Shown piece by piece: positions 12,271 to 21,150 of a stretch of 64,000 bases of DNA; positions within the stretch are counted from its first letter, which is position 1; every line of letters starts with the position of its first letter. The translations under genes were made by a program, and so were the position numbers. Location of the stretch: the NCBI RefSeq assembly GCF_000143415.4, contig NW_003314287.1, positions 208,203 through 272,202 of the forward strand, in the 5' to 3' direction. Under the pieces are notes generated by a model. It did no database searches and was not told the DNA's origin. It saw nothing but the letters and a program-made list of their open reading frames with translations. Source of the stretch: Selaginella moellendorffii (taxonomy: Eukaryota; Plantae; Lycopodiophyta).

Positions 12271-15200
12271 TCAAGAACGAGTGGAACGAGGATGTGAACG
12301 AGAAAGAAGAGGAGGATGAGATGAGCGGCGAGGGATGGGAGATGGAGAAAAAGAATGAGGACTGGGACGAGAAGGATAGCGGCGGTGGAAGTCCTGAACA
12401 AGGTCAGGAGAATGAATCAGGTTGTCCGCAGGTTCCCAAGTGCGTTCCTCAGGTCCGTAACCCTTCCAGTCCACCAGATAGTAGAGTTTAGATCGTGAAA
12501 TCTTGGAATCAAGGATGTCCTGAACCTCGTACTCAGACCCATCCTCGAGCTGCACTGGTGGAGGCGGAGGAATGACCCGATTTGGAATAGGACTGGGAAT
12601 ATAAGGCTCAAGGAGAGAGGAGTGAAAAATGGGGTGAATTTGATATGAGGGAAGTGCAAGGCGATAAGTGACAGGATTAATGATGGCAGTGATAGGGAAA
12701 GGACCAAGGCGTTTGAAATCGAGTTTTGGACAGGGCCTGGTGGTGGAGATATTTCGCCTGAGGAGCCAGACTTTATCCCCGATATTGTAAGGGGGACAAT
12801 CCTGACGATGGACATTGGCAAATGTTTTATGAGATTCCTGAGCACGATGGAGGTGGAAGGAGATGGAGTTGTGGATTTCCTGAAGGTTGGAGAGAAATGA
12901 TTCAGAGCGGGGATTTGAACGGGAGGATTCAGATGGAGAAGGAAGTGAGAGATTGAATCGGGGATTTCGGCCAGACTTTGCAAAGAAGGGGGAAACTCGA
13001 AGAGAGGAGTGAACAGAGTTGTTATAGGAGAACTCAGCAAGGGGAAGGATATCGAACCAGTTATCCTGATGATAGTTGATGAAGCACCTCAAGAATTGTT
13101 CCAATGTCTGAATCGTTCGCTCGGACTGCCCATCAGTTTGAGGATGATATGCCGAAGAGAGGTTGGCCTTCACTCCAAGCAACTGCAAAAACCGTTGCCA
13201 GAAATGAGAGATGAACTGAGGCCCCCGATCCGAAACCACATCTGTAGGAATCCCATGAAGTCGGAAAATTTCCCTGAATACCAGTTTTGCCATGTCCTCG
13301 CCCGAAAACTCCTTGGTACATGGCAAGATGTGCGCCATCTTTGTGAAGCGATCCACCACGACTAAAATGCTGTTGAAGCCTCCAGAACTCGGAAGATCAC
13401 TCAAGAAATCCATGGAGATGGATTCCCAAGGACCTGAAGGGACCGGAAGGGAACGAAGCAAACCTGAAGGAAGGTGGCGAGGTACCTTATTCCGGGCACA
13501 AGTGTCACAGGAGGTAACAAAAGCTTTGATGTAGTCGTCCATGTGAGGCCACCAAAAGTCCCGTGCAACTAGCTCATAGGTTTTCGCAATGCCGAAGTGA
13601 CCAGCAGTCGGGCTATTGTGGCACGCCATCAGGATCAACCGTCGAGCATCACCTTCAGGAACGTAAAGCTGCTCCCCACGGTACAATAAGCCATCTAAGA
13701 ACTCGAACTCGTCAAATCGCCGGCAGTCGGGAGTCACTGGGTGTCCAGCCTGAAGATGGGGAAAAATGTCGCTAGCGAGATCATCGGATTGAAGATCGTT
13801 TCTGATTGCATCCATCAAGGAGGAGTCCTGAGGGGCCAGGGAAATTGCCATAACTTGAAGCCGATCAGGACCGAGGATAACTTGATCCTGTTGATCGAAG
13901 GCAGGATTACCAGGCCTGAGACTGAGATAGGAGCGCCTTGAAAGAGCATCAGGAAGGCCTTGAAACTTTCCAGGTCTGTACTTGATAACAAAGTCAAACC
14001 GACTCAGGAATTGTGCCCACCTTGCTTGACGACGGCTTAAAACTCGGGAAGTGGCAAAGTACTCGAGATTTTTGTGATCCGTCCAGACTGTTGTTTGATG
14101 GCTCGCCCCCTCCAAGAAACGGCGCCACTCTCCAAAGGAATCCACGATGGCAAGAAGCTCCTTGTCGTGGATTTCGTAATTGATCTCCGCAGGCTGGAAT
14201 TTCCGAGAATGGAAAGCGACCGGATGAAGTTCGTGATCCGCTCCGAGTTGAGATAGCACAGCACCAATGGCAAAGTCGGAGGCGTCAGCCTCGATGAAGA
14301 AAGGTTGTGAGGAATCAGCATGGATCAAGACAGGAGCAGAACTGAAGGCCGCCATGAGTGTGTCGAAAGCCTGCTGGGCAGCAGCAGACCAAGAGAAGGG
14401 AACATCCTTGCGAGTGAGATGTGTGAGAGGAAGGACAATGTCAGAGTAGTGATCAATGAATTTGCGGTAGAAGTTGGCGAAGCCAAGGAAAACCTGAACG
14501 TCTGACATTGATTGTGGAGGCTCCCATTCGAGAATAGTCTTGACTTTTGCAGGATCCATCGTGATACCCTCAGGAGTGACAATGTACCCAAGGAACTCCA
14601 CAGACTGCTGATCAAAGGAACATTTCTCAAGCTTCGCGTATAGGCCGTGTTCTCGCAGCTTCGCTAGCACCTTGCGAACATGTTCGTCATGCTCCTCCTG
14701 AGTTTTTGAGTAGATGAGGATGTCATCGAGGTAGACGATCACCATCTGATCAAGAAACTCCCGAAAAACGTCGTTCGCCATGTGTTGGAAAACTGCTGGA
14801 GCATTTGTCAAGCCAAATGGCATGACAGTGTACTCGAAGTGGCCATAGCGGGTTCGGAACGTAGTCTTCCATTCATCACCAGGCCGGATCCGGATCAGGT
14901 TGTATGCTCCACGGAGGTCGATCTTGGTGAAGAAGCGGGCACCGCCGAGGCGTTCCAACAGGTCCGAGATAAGGGGCAGTGGATAACGGTTCCGAACAGT
15001 CACCTTGTTCAAACCTCGGTAGTCGATGACTAGCCGCAAGCTCCCATCCTTCTTCTTGACAAAGAAGACAGGCGCTCCAGCCGGGGACTGCGAATGCTGA
15101 ATGTAGCCCGAGGCAAGGTTCTCATCCACGTACTCTTTGAGGGCCTTAAGCTCGGACGGGGATAACCCGTAGATAGGCCCCCACGGAGGTGACGCTCCTT

Positions 15201-16041
15201 CCTGTAAATCAATGGGACAATCATAAGGCCGATGAACAGGCAGTACACTAGCTTTTTTCTTGTCAAACACATCCCCAAAATCATGATACTTCTCAGGAAG
15301 ACTGACAGGAGAAACATGCAAAGCAAAAAGAAAAAGAGGTTCTTCATGAAGGAGTTCTTTCATAGTGATTGTGGAGATAGGAGGAGGAGTACGACTAAAT
15401 GGAATGATGAGACGAGGATACTGTCCAGTGTAATATGGAAGAGAGAAAAAAGAAGAGGATGAAAACTGCGTAGAGTCAGGAACAGAACCCCGACTTGAGT
15501 TTAGGGAACTTTTCCTGATTCGGACTCGATGAACACCAGGGGAAGCCGTGGGAGATGGTGATGTGGGAGAGATGAGCTGTAAGTCCTTCCAACAAATCTG
15601 AGGCTGATGTAGTTGGAACCAAGGAAGACCGAGCACCACAGAGGAAGACTTGCTGTTGATGATGTTGAAAGCGATATCGGTGACGGTGGACCCGATGTGT
15701 ACTCGAACGGGCAACGTTTCCCTAAGTCCAGAAGATGGAGACACAAAATGCCCGCCGATGCCTTCAACCCTCAGATCCCGTATGGTAGGAGAAAGAGGAA
15801 CGTGATGTCGGGCAGCAAAGTCCGTGTCCATGAAGCAGGAAGTTGCACCCGAGTCCAATAGCGCCAAAGCCTTGAGTCCTGATTGTCCGGTGAAAGAAAG
15901 GAGACATGGGACGCGGAAGTTGCGGGAATTGGTGGTGGCTTTCATGAAAGGTGGTGAGGAGCTTGATAAGGAAGAAAAGTGATTTTTATTTGGGGAGTCC
16001 AAACAGACAGCTCCTACTCTGTTTGGACAGGGTCGTTTCCC
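12271..16041 (-). CDS. pol: Pol (aspartic protease, RT, RNase H, integrase, chromodomain), probably made as a Gag-Pol fusion by -1 frameshift
   Basis: The open frame 12271-16107 contains [32 protein letters not shown], an HHCC zinc finger, SDRGPQF...HPQTDGQSE and the chromodomain EYEVQDILDSK...YLVDWKGYGPEERTWEP. It is in the -1 frame relative to gag. Confidence 0.96.
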   Translation of the reverse strand, partial: GKRPCPNRVGAVCLDSPNKNHFSSLSSSSPPFMKATTNSRNFRVPCLLSFTGQSGLKALALLDSGATSCFMDTDFAARHHVPLSPTIRDLRVEGIGGHFVSPSSGLRETLPVRVHIGSTVTDIAFNIINSKSSSVVLGLPWFQLHQPQICWKDLQLISPTSPSPTASPGVHRVRIRKSSLNSSRGSVPDSTQFSSSSFFSLPYYTGQYPRLIIPFSRTPPPISTITMKELLHEEPLFLFALHVSPVSLPEKYHDFGDVFDKKKASVLPVHRPYDCPIDLQEGASPPWGPIYGLSPSELKALKEYVDENLASGYIQHSQSPAGAPVFFVKKKDGSLRLVIDYRGLNKVTVRNRYPLPLISDLLERLGGARFFTKIDLRGAYNLIRIRPGDEWKTTFRTRYGHFEYTVMPFGLTNAPAVFQHMANDVFREFLDQMVIVYLDDILIYSKTQEEHDEHVRKVLAKLREHGLYAKLEKCSFDQQSVEFLGYIVTPEGITMDPAKVKTILEWEPPQSMSDVQVFLGFANFYRKFIDHYSDIVLPLTHLTRKDVPFSWSAAAQQAFDTLMAAFSSAPVLIHADSSQPFFIEADASDFAIGAVLSQLGADHELHPVAFHSRKFQPAEINYEIHDKELLAIVDSFGEWRRFLEGASHQTTVWTDHKNLEYFATSRVLSRRQARWAQFLSRFDFVIKYRPGKFQGLPDALSRRSYLSLRPGNPAFDQQDQVILGPDRLQVMAISLAPQDSSLMDAIRNDLQSDDLASDIFPHLQAGHPVTPDCRRFDEFEFLDGLLYRGEQLYVPEGDARRLILMACHNSPTAGHFGIAKTYELVARDFWWPHMDDYIKAFVTSCDTCARNKVPRHLPSGLLRSLPVPSGPWESISMDFLSDLPSSGGFNSILVVVDRFTKMAHILPCTKEFSGEDMAKLVFREIFRLHGIPTDVVSDRGPQFISHFWQRFLQLLGVKANLSSAYHPQTDGQSERTIQTLEQFLRCFINYHQDNWFDILPLAEFSYNNSVHSSLRVSPFFAKSGRNPRFNLSLPSPSESSRSNPRSESFLSNLQEIHNSISFHLHRAQESHKTFANVHRQDCPPYNIGDKVWLLRRNISTTRPCPKLDFKRLGPFPITAIINPVTYRLALPSYQIHPIFHSSLLEPYIPSPIPNRVIPPPPPVQLEDGSEYEVQDILDSKISRSKLYYLVDWKGYGPEERTWEPADNLIHSPDLVQDFHRRYPSRPSPHSFSPSPIPRRSSHPPLLSRSHPRSTRS
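15957..16041 (-). promoter_or_regulatory. -1 ribosomal frameshift signal (G GGA AAC plus stem-loop/pseudoknot)
   Basis: Heptamer in the gag frame at 16041-16035, a 6-nt spacer, then an 11-bp stem. Loop bases AGGAGCT are complementary to AGCTCCT at 15963-15957. Confidence 0.85.
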
Positions 16042-16991
16042 GACTGCAACAGTGGTGGACTTTGAGGCAGAGTGAACTCGAGCAATCGGGGAGGCTTCCT
16101 GGGACACACAGCTGCTTTGTGATTAGTATCAGCACAGTAGAGGCAAAGATTATGAGATATTCGACGTTGCCTCTCAGCAGGACTCAACTTCCCTCTAATG
16201 AGTCGGGGAGTACCAGAAATATCCATCGGGACCGGAGCAGTAGGTTCAGGACTATGCCCCGAAGACTCAAGCTGGGATTCCTGAGTCTGGGACGGAAAAA
16301 CTGCGGCGCGGCGACTTTCCTGACAACGTTCAAAGAGACGATTGTCACATCGAACAGCTTTGTTGATGGCATCCGACAGATCCTTGGGATCCTCCATGGT
16401 GAGCAACAAATCCTTGACACCGTTGTTGAGGCCGAAACGAAATTGGTCTATCAGGGCCCGCTCATCCCACTGAGTGTCCAAGGCAAAGAGTTGGAACTCT
16501 GTAGCGTAGATCGAGGCAGGACGAGACCCCTGAGAGAGACGTCTCATCTTTGTGGTAGCAGCCCGAACCCGATCCGTCTCGCCAAAACATGCTTCGAGCT
16601 TCTCTTTGAACAATTGAAAATCCATCAGCTCCGGAACCACGACCCCTTTCATGCTCTTCTCCAGAAGAGGAGAAAACCATGACAAAGCTGCACCCTCGAG
16701 CAACGTCCCAATCGCGCCGATTTGAGACTCGGGAGTGGGGTACCGCCGATGTTGAAGTGCAAAGATCAGCTCCATTTGATTCAAAAATCCACAAAGCTCC
16801 GAACGCTTGCCTGAAAATTTCGCCGGGAAACTCACCTTCGGTTCAGGAACTTTGCTGGATCCTTGAGCCAAAAGTGAAGCAAGCTCCTGCTGCATGCGAA
16901 GAAGGGTCGCCTTCAGCTCGGTATTCTCAGACTGGATTTTTGCAAGGACTTCGGCAAAGAAATCAGGATGGCTTGGAGACTCCATTGGCAA
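16014..16991 (-). CDS. gag: Gag (retrotransposon capsid plus CCHC zinc knuckle)
   Basis: 325-aa ORF just downstream of the 5' LTR, with PEPKVSFPAKFSGKRSELCGFLNQ, LLEGAALSWF and CLYCADTNHKAAVC. Confidence 0.93.
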   Translation of the reverse strand: MPMESPSHPDFFAEVLAKIQSENTELKATLLRMQQELASLLAQGSSKVPEPKVSFPAKFSGKRSELCGFLNQMELIFALQHRRYPTPESQIGAIGTLLEGAALSWFSPLLEKSMKGVVVPELMDFQLFKEKLEACFGETDRVRAATTKMRRLSQGSRPASIYATEFQLFALDTQWDERALIDQFRFGLNNGVKDLLLTMEDPKDLSDAINKAVRCDNRLFERCQESRRAAVFPSQTQESQLESSGHSPEPTAPVPMDISGTPRLIRGKLSPAERQRRISHNLCLYCADTNHKAAVCPRKPPRLLEFTLPQSPPLLQSGNDPVQTE

Positions 16992-17065
16992 GAAGAAAGA
17001 AAAGAAAGGGGGGAAAAGACAAAGGCAATCAAATAATCAAAACAAGCTAAAAGAAAAGCAAAAAA

Positions 17066-17080
17066 CACAATCTAAATCAA
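17066..17080 (-). promoter_or_regulatory. Self-priming PBS of B1
   Basis: TTGATTTAGATTGTG lies 2 nt after the 5' LTR. It is complementary (one G-U) to the LTR segment CACAATCTGAATCAA at 17187-17173, which follows a TATA-like TATAGTATATATAG. Confidence 0.82.
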
Positions 17081-17289
17081 ACTGTCAAGACCCCCAACAA
17101 GATCAAGACTGGAAAATGCTAAAGACAAAGAGAAAAAGCTAGTGAAAACAAAGAAAAGGCCTTAGACTGGTGTTGATTCAGATTGTGGAGAAATGGAACA
17201 AGGCTAACCTATATATACTATAGGTTGATGAAGCTCCACCACTCTTGGATCGAGGACAGCCTAAATACAGCTGAGGTCGAGGAGGCGCC

Positions 17290-17469
17290 ACATCATCATC
17301 AGGAATGTGGCTCTAGACTCAGGAATCGGGAAGTGTCTCGAGAGTCAGGAATAGGGAAGTGTCTCGAGAGTCAGGAATAGAGAAGTGTCTCGAGAGTCAG
17401 GAATGTGGTCTGCAGGTCAGGAATCTGGCGAGAGTCAGGAATGTGGCAAGAATTGGGGGATTCCTGACA
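17290..17469 (-). repeat. U3 tandem motif array of family B LTRs (TCAGGAAT cores; 26-bp unit x3)
   Basis: GAAGTGTCTCGAGAGTCAGGAAT is repeated; the same array is at ~12085-12259. Confidence 0.85.
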
Positions 17470-18877
17470 ATGGAGTCCGAGATGGACCCGAGATGGAGTT
17501 CGAGGTGGAGTCCGAGGTGGACCGAGACGGAGTCCGAGATGGACCCGAGATGGAATCCGAGATGGACCGAGACAGAGTACGAGATGGAGTCCGAGATGGA
17601 CCGAGATGGAGTCCGAGATGGAGTCCGAGAAGGACCCGAGATGGAGTCCGAGGTCGAGACCGAGACCGGGACCGAGACCAGGATTGAGACCGAGACCGGG
17701 ACCGAGACCGGGACCGAGAACGAGACCGAGGCCAAGGCTGAGACTGAGCCTGAGCCCGAGTTCGAGTCCGAGTCCAAGTCCGAGTCCGAGTCCGAGTCCG
17801 AGTTCGAGTTTGAGTCTGAGAGGGTGAAAGCCCAAAGCGTTCGTCTCCCAGACCCTGGGGGGTTTGGTGAGCTCCAAAAGTATAGTAATGGGGAGGACTG
17901 CAGTGGAGCCAGTTTGGCCAGGAAAGGCCAGTTTGGCCCAGGAAGGCCGGACCCAGTGTTGGGTGATGAGCTGACCACTGGGAAGTCCAAGACTAGAGTG
18001 AACATGGACCAACAAGCGGGGTAGCTTGGTGAAGTGTTCAAGAGCCGGCTCTAGTTCACCCGGGAGATCGACTGGCCGATGCTCCCAGTCCAAGTGTGGG
18101 TGGCACTACCTACTTGGATACTAGGCGTGGCTCAATGGAATCTCGCTGTAAGCCCATGGCTAGAGCACCTAAAGGCGATAGGTGGGGAGAGTACCCAGGT
18201 GGCTCGCGTAAGGCCATGTTGTTCCGAAATGTTATCCCAAAGGCCCAGACTGTGGAAAGGAAGAGGAGCCGTCCTCTGGGGTAGTGACCAAGGACACAGT
18301 CATGTGGTGAGGAAGTCCCAGAGGACCGTGGGACTTAGTGGCCGGGCCTGTGGGCCTTGATCTAGTGGCAGTGTTGGTGAACATGGCCTTTGACAGAAAA
18401 GGGACTTGGCAAGAACTGACAAAGGGATGTTGAGGAAGGCTATTCCCCATGTTTGTGGGCATCCTAAGGATGCTAAGGAGTGGATCTGGGATGACCACTC
18501 GTGGACAGACGGCCCAGTCTTGGAGAGATGGGATTGTGATGCAAGTGGTATTGGACCACCAGTGCGGCAAAGGTGAATGGGCATGGCCTTAGCATAATGG
18601 GCCAATATGTCAGTGGTACATTTGGGTGTCGGTCTTGGGACTGGACACATGGAGCACTTGGACCAAGTGCAAGGGTTGAGTGGCATGGATGCCATTCTCG
18701 GGGCTAGCAAGTCCCAAATCCTAAATTGGACTTAAGGAGGTTGTGAATGAGACTCCTCCAAGTGGTCGGAGGTGTGGTTAAGTGACTAAAGTAGAATGGA
18801 AAATTTAGTCGCTTACAATTAACACAACAACTTCATTGGCACCACAGCCATACATGCTCACCCTCACCACAAGCTAC

Positions 18878-19565
18878 TGTAGCGCACCTTAGGTTTGAGT
18901 AGTACTGGGATGGGTGACCTCCCGGGAAGACCAAACCCAAGAACATTTACATCTCCCCTTAGTGGCTATTTTATCCTCATTTATCCCCCAAGGTTCCAAG
19001 GATCCACGGTGACAGTATATCCAAATCTCATCCCATGATCACATGCGCTACACTAACCCCCCCTTCAGAGATGTCAATGTCCTCATTAACTATTGACTAA
19101 CAACCCCTATTGAGCCAAAGGGAACCAGCACTTCCATTTCTGCACTGAATCTACCAATCCTTCCATTGTGTAGACTAGCTATTCCATGTGAGACAACTAG
19201 TCATCCACCCGTACCGCAGTCCCACGGTGGATACCTTCATCCGTGGATACTCCACACAAGAGGAAGGACATACGCATGGATGCCCAATACGTACAATTTC
19301 AAATTTAGGGGTAGGAATATACCTTGCTCAAGGGTATATTATATTTTTTAAGTAGCCACTAATCAATGGGAATCGAACCCGTGCCATTTGCTCTGATACC
19401 AACTGTAGCACACCCTATCTCTCTCCCCTTAAGCCAACTGGAAAAGGGGCAATTGCTTGATGAGAGAGCCCTTAGTGGCTATTTTATCCCCATTTATCCC
19501 CCAAGGTTCCAAGGATCCACGGTGACAGTATATCCAAATCTCATCTCATGATCACATGCGCTACA
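18878..19565 (-). mobile_element. TRIM (terminal-repeat retrotransposon in miniature), copy 1
   Basis: LTRs at 18878-19052 and 19404-19565 with TGTAGC...GCTACA ends. tRNA-Met PBS on the minus strand at 19390-19401 and PPT at 19053-19066. TSD GCTAC/GTTAC. About 350 bp non-coding interior. Confidence 0.92.
18881..18940 (+). pseudogene. 5S rRNA-derived segment (3' domain: loop E, box C) inside a TRIM LTR
   Basis: GAGTAGTACTGGGATGGGTGACCTCCCGGGAAG matches the conserved 3' half of plant 5S rRNA. Confidence 0.88.
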
Positions 19566-19859
19566 GTTACAAACAACATAAAGGCAGTCACAATATGAAT
19601 ACCAAGAGATTGGAGCCCACTACTTAGATCTCGAGTTGACTTGCCCAAGCTACCTCTAGGATGATAGAAGAAGAATAAACCAAGGCCTAATATATCATAT
19701 TGCTATATAGAACATTGCCCACCTCCAAAGGCTGCCCAAGTATACTCATTTTATCCCAGCCGCTGTAGGAACACTACTACTCAAGGTGAATGTATCTAGA
19801 GGTACACACACTCTGGTTTGTCTCACTCCTTGTATCATGATTCCACTATGTCAAATTTC

Positions 19860-21150
19860 AGATCCAGCCAGCTAGAGAAGTAGGTCCATTTCTTATTGCA
19901 TTTTCCTTTGAAAATGACCTCCTAGCATCTTAGGAAAACAAAACTTCCATTTTCCACATAATGGTAAATGATAAGGGCTTATTTTCTTTACCTATGCACA
20001 TTTTCTCATCAACAAAGATGCCTTATAGCCTGTCTAGTCCATTCCAAGTACTATAAATAAATCTAATAAATGAAGGCTTGGAGTAGTAGTAATTCATTGT
20101 TCTAGTTGATGCCATGTGAGGCAATGAAGCATCATATTAGGAATGCAAAAATTTGTTACTTAAAACTTGGTAGGCCTCATTTAGCATGAGAGTCATTGTA
20201 GGGGCCTTGGATAACAAAGAAAATAAGAAAACCATCTATGAAACTTTTGATTCAGAAATGTTTGGATGATGTTGCTTCTGGAGCTTTCTATACACCTTGT
20301 AGATGTCTTCCATGTTGGAACCCAAATGCTGGAACCCAGAAGAACACTAAGTATTTCATAGTAATCTTGCTGATTTGCAACACTTTTGGTGTGTTCTTGC
20401 TTGCTAGCTACGGCTTTAAATTGCCTAAAATCCTGATCCACTAAAAATTAATCATAAAGTGTGGAGAGATCACGCTCCACACAAGGATGCCCATCTATTT
20501 TACATGCCTTTTGAGTAGAGTGGTGTTTAAGATCCAAAAACTTGGAGGAACCAATATTCTCTTTTGTGATGGCATGTCATGTTTAAAAATAACCCTATTT
20601 TTAGATTTTCCATGCACATTGAAGATATTGTCGAGGAAATCCAATCGTTGTCTAACATTTAGTGGTCAAACAAGAGAAAGAATCAACATCCATATTAGAT
20701 TATTATAGTGCTTGTGTGAATCTTCTTGCCTTAATGGATATTGCAATATAGTTTACAAGTCATATTTCTTTGAGCTGTCATCTTCAATTAAATATAGTAG
20801 ATCTTTAGACTAATGCTCTTGGGTGTTTAATAATTTTTTACTTTGTTTCAAATCTCATTTCATATGTAATGACATCATTTGTTATCTATCAACTATTCCT
20901 GGTAGTATGTACTTTCCTAGAAGGGTGCAATGAACAAACTCATCACTCAAGCCATTTGGCATGGAATATCCAACATGTCAACGTAATAATGATTTCTCAT
21001 TGACACAGCTTGGTTGCTCTTTGCTTGCTAATGGCAGCCTCATGACACAAAACAAGCATGCATAGGTGACCCAACCTCACAACACACTATAGATGCTAAA
21101 ATAGGATCTTCGAACATGCTTACTCCAAGGTACTTGAAGAAATGTTGTTA
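19860..21150 (-). mobile_element. Possible decayed non-LTR retrotransposon (CRE-like) 3' fragment
   Basis: Minus-strand HFFKYLGVS (~21145-21119) resembles an RT YLG motif. CIGKENKPLSFTIMWKME (~19995-19940) weakly resembles a restriction-like endonuclease tail. Very degenerate. Confidence 0.3.

Larger units (their letters stand above)
11873..17469 (-). mobile_element. Family B copy 1: apparently intact Ty3/gypsy chromovirus (Tcn1/Tf1-sushi-like)
   Basis: 387-bp LTRs at 11873-12259 and 17083-17469 with TG...CA ends and about 3 differences by eye. TSD ATGGA at 11868-11872 and 17470-17474. PPT GAGGAGGGGG on the minus strand next to 12260. Open gag and pol. Confidence 0.97.
6991..18817 (+). mobile_element. 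Family A copy 1: non-autonomous LARD-like LTR element; 5' LTR 6991-8806, internal 8807-11547, 3' LTR 11548-18817 interrupted by B1
   Basis: Both LTRs run TGTGAGACAC...GTCGCTTACA. TSD ATTAA at 6986-6990 and 18818-18822. PBS TGGTATCAGAGC at 8810-8821. PPT-like ATGGGTGGTGGAGT at 11534-11547. No gag/pol ORF inside. Confidence 0.92.

Noticed and set aside
16042-16107. Independent pol start at 16107
   Set aside because: It is a GTG codon called by the ORF finder. The slippery site at 16041 explains pol expression better.
12294-16682. Antisense and alternate-frame ORFs over B1 gag-pol, and over B2
   Set aside because: Shadow ORFs of a coding region with no independent motifs. Their recurrence in B2 only reflects DNA similarity.
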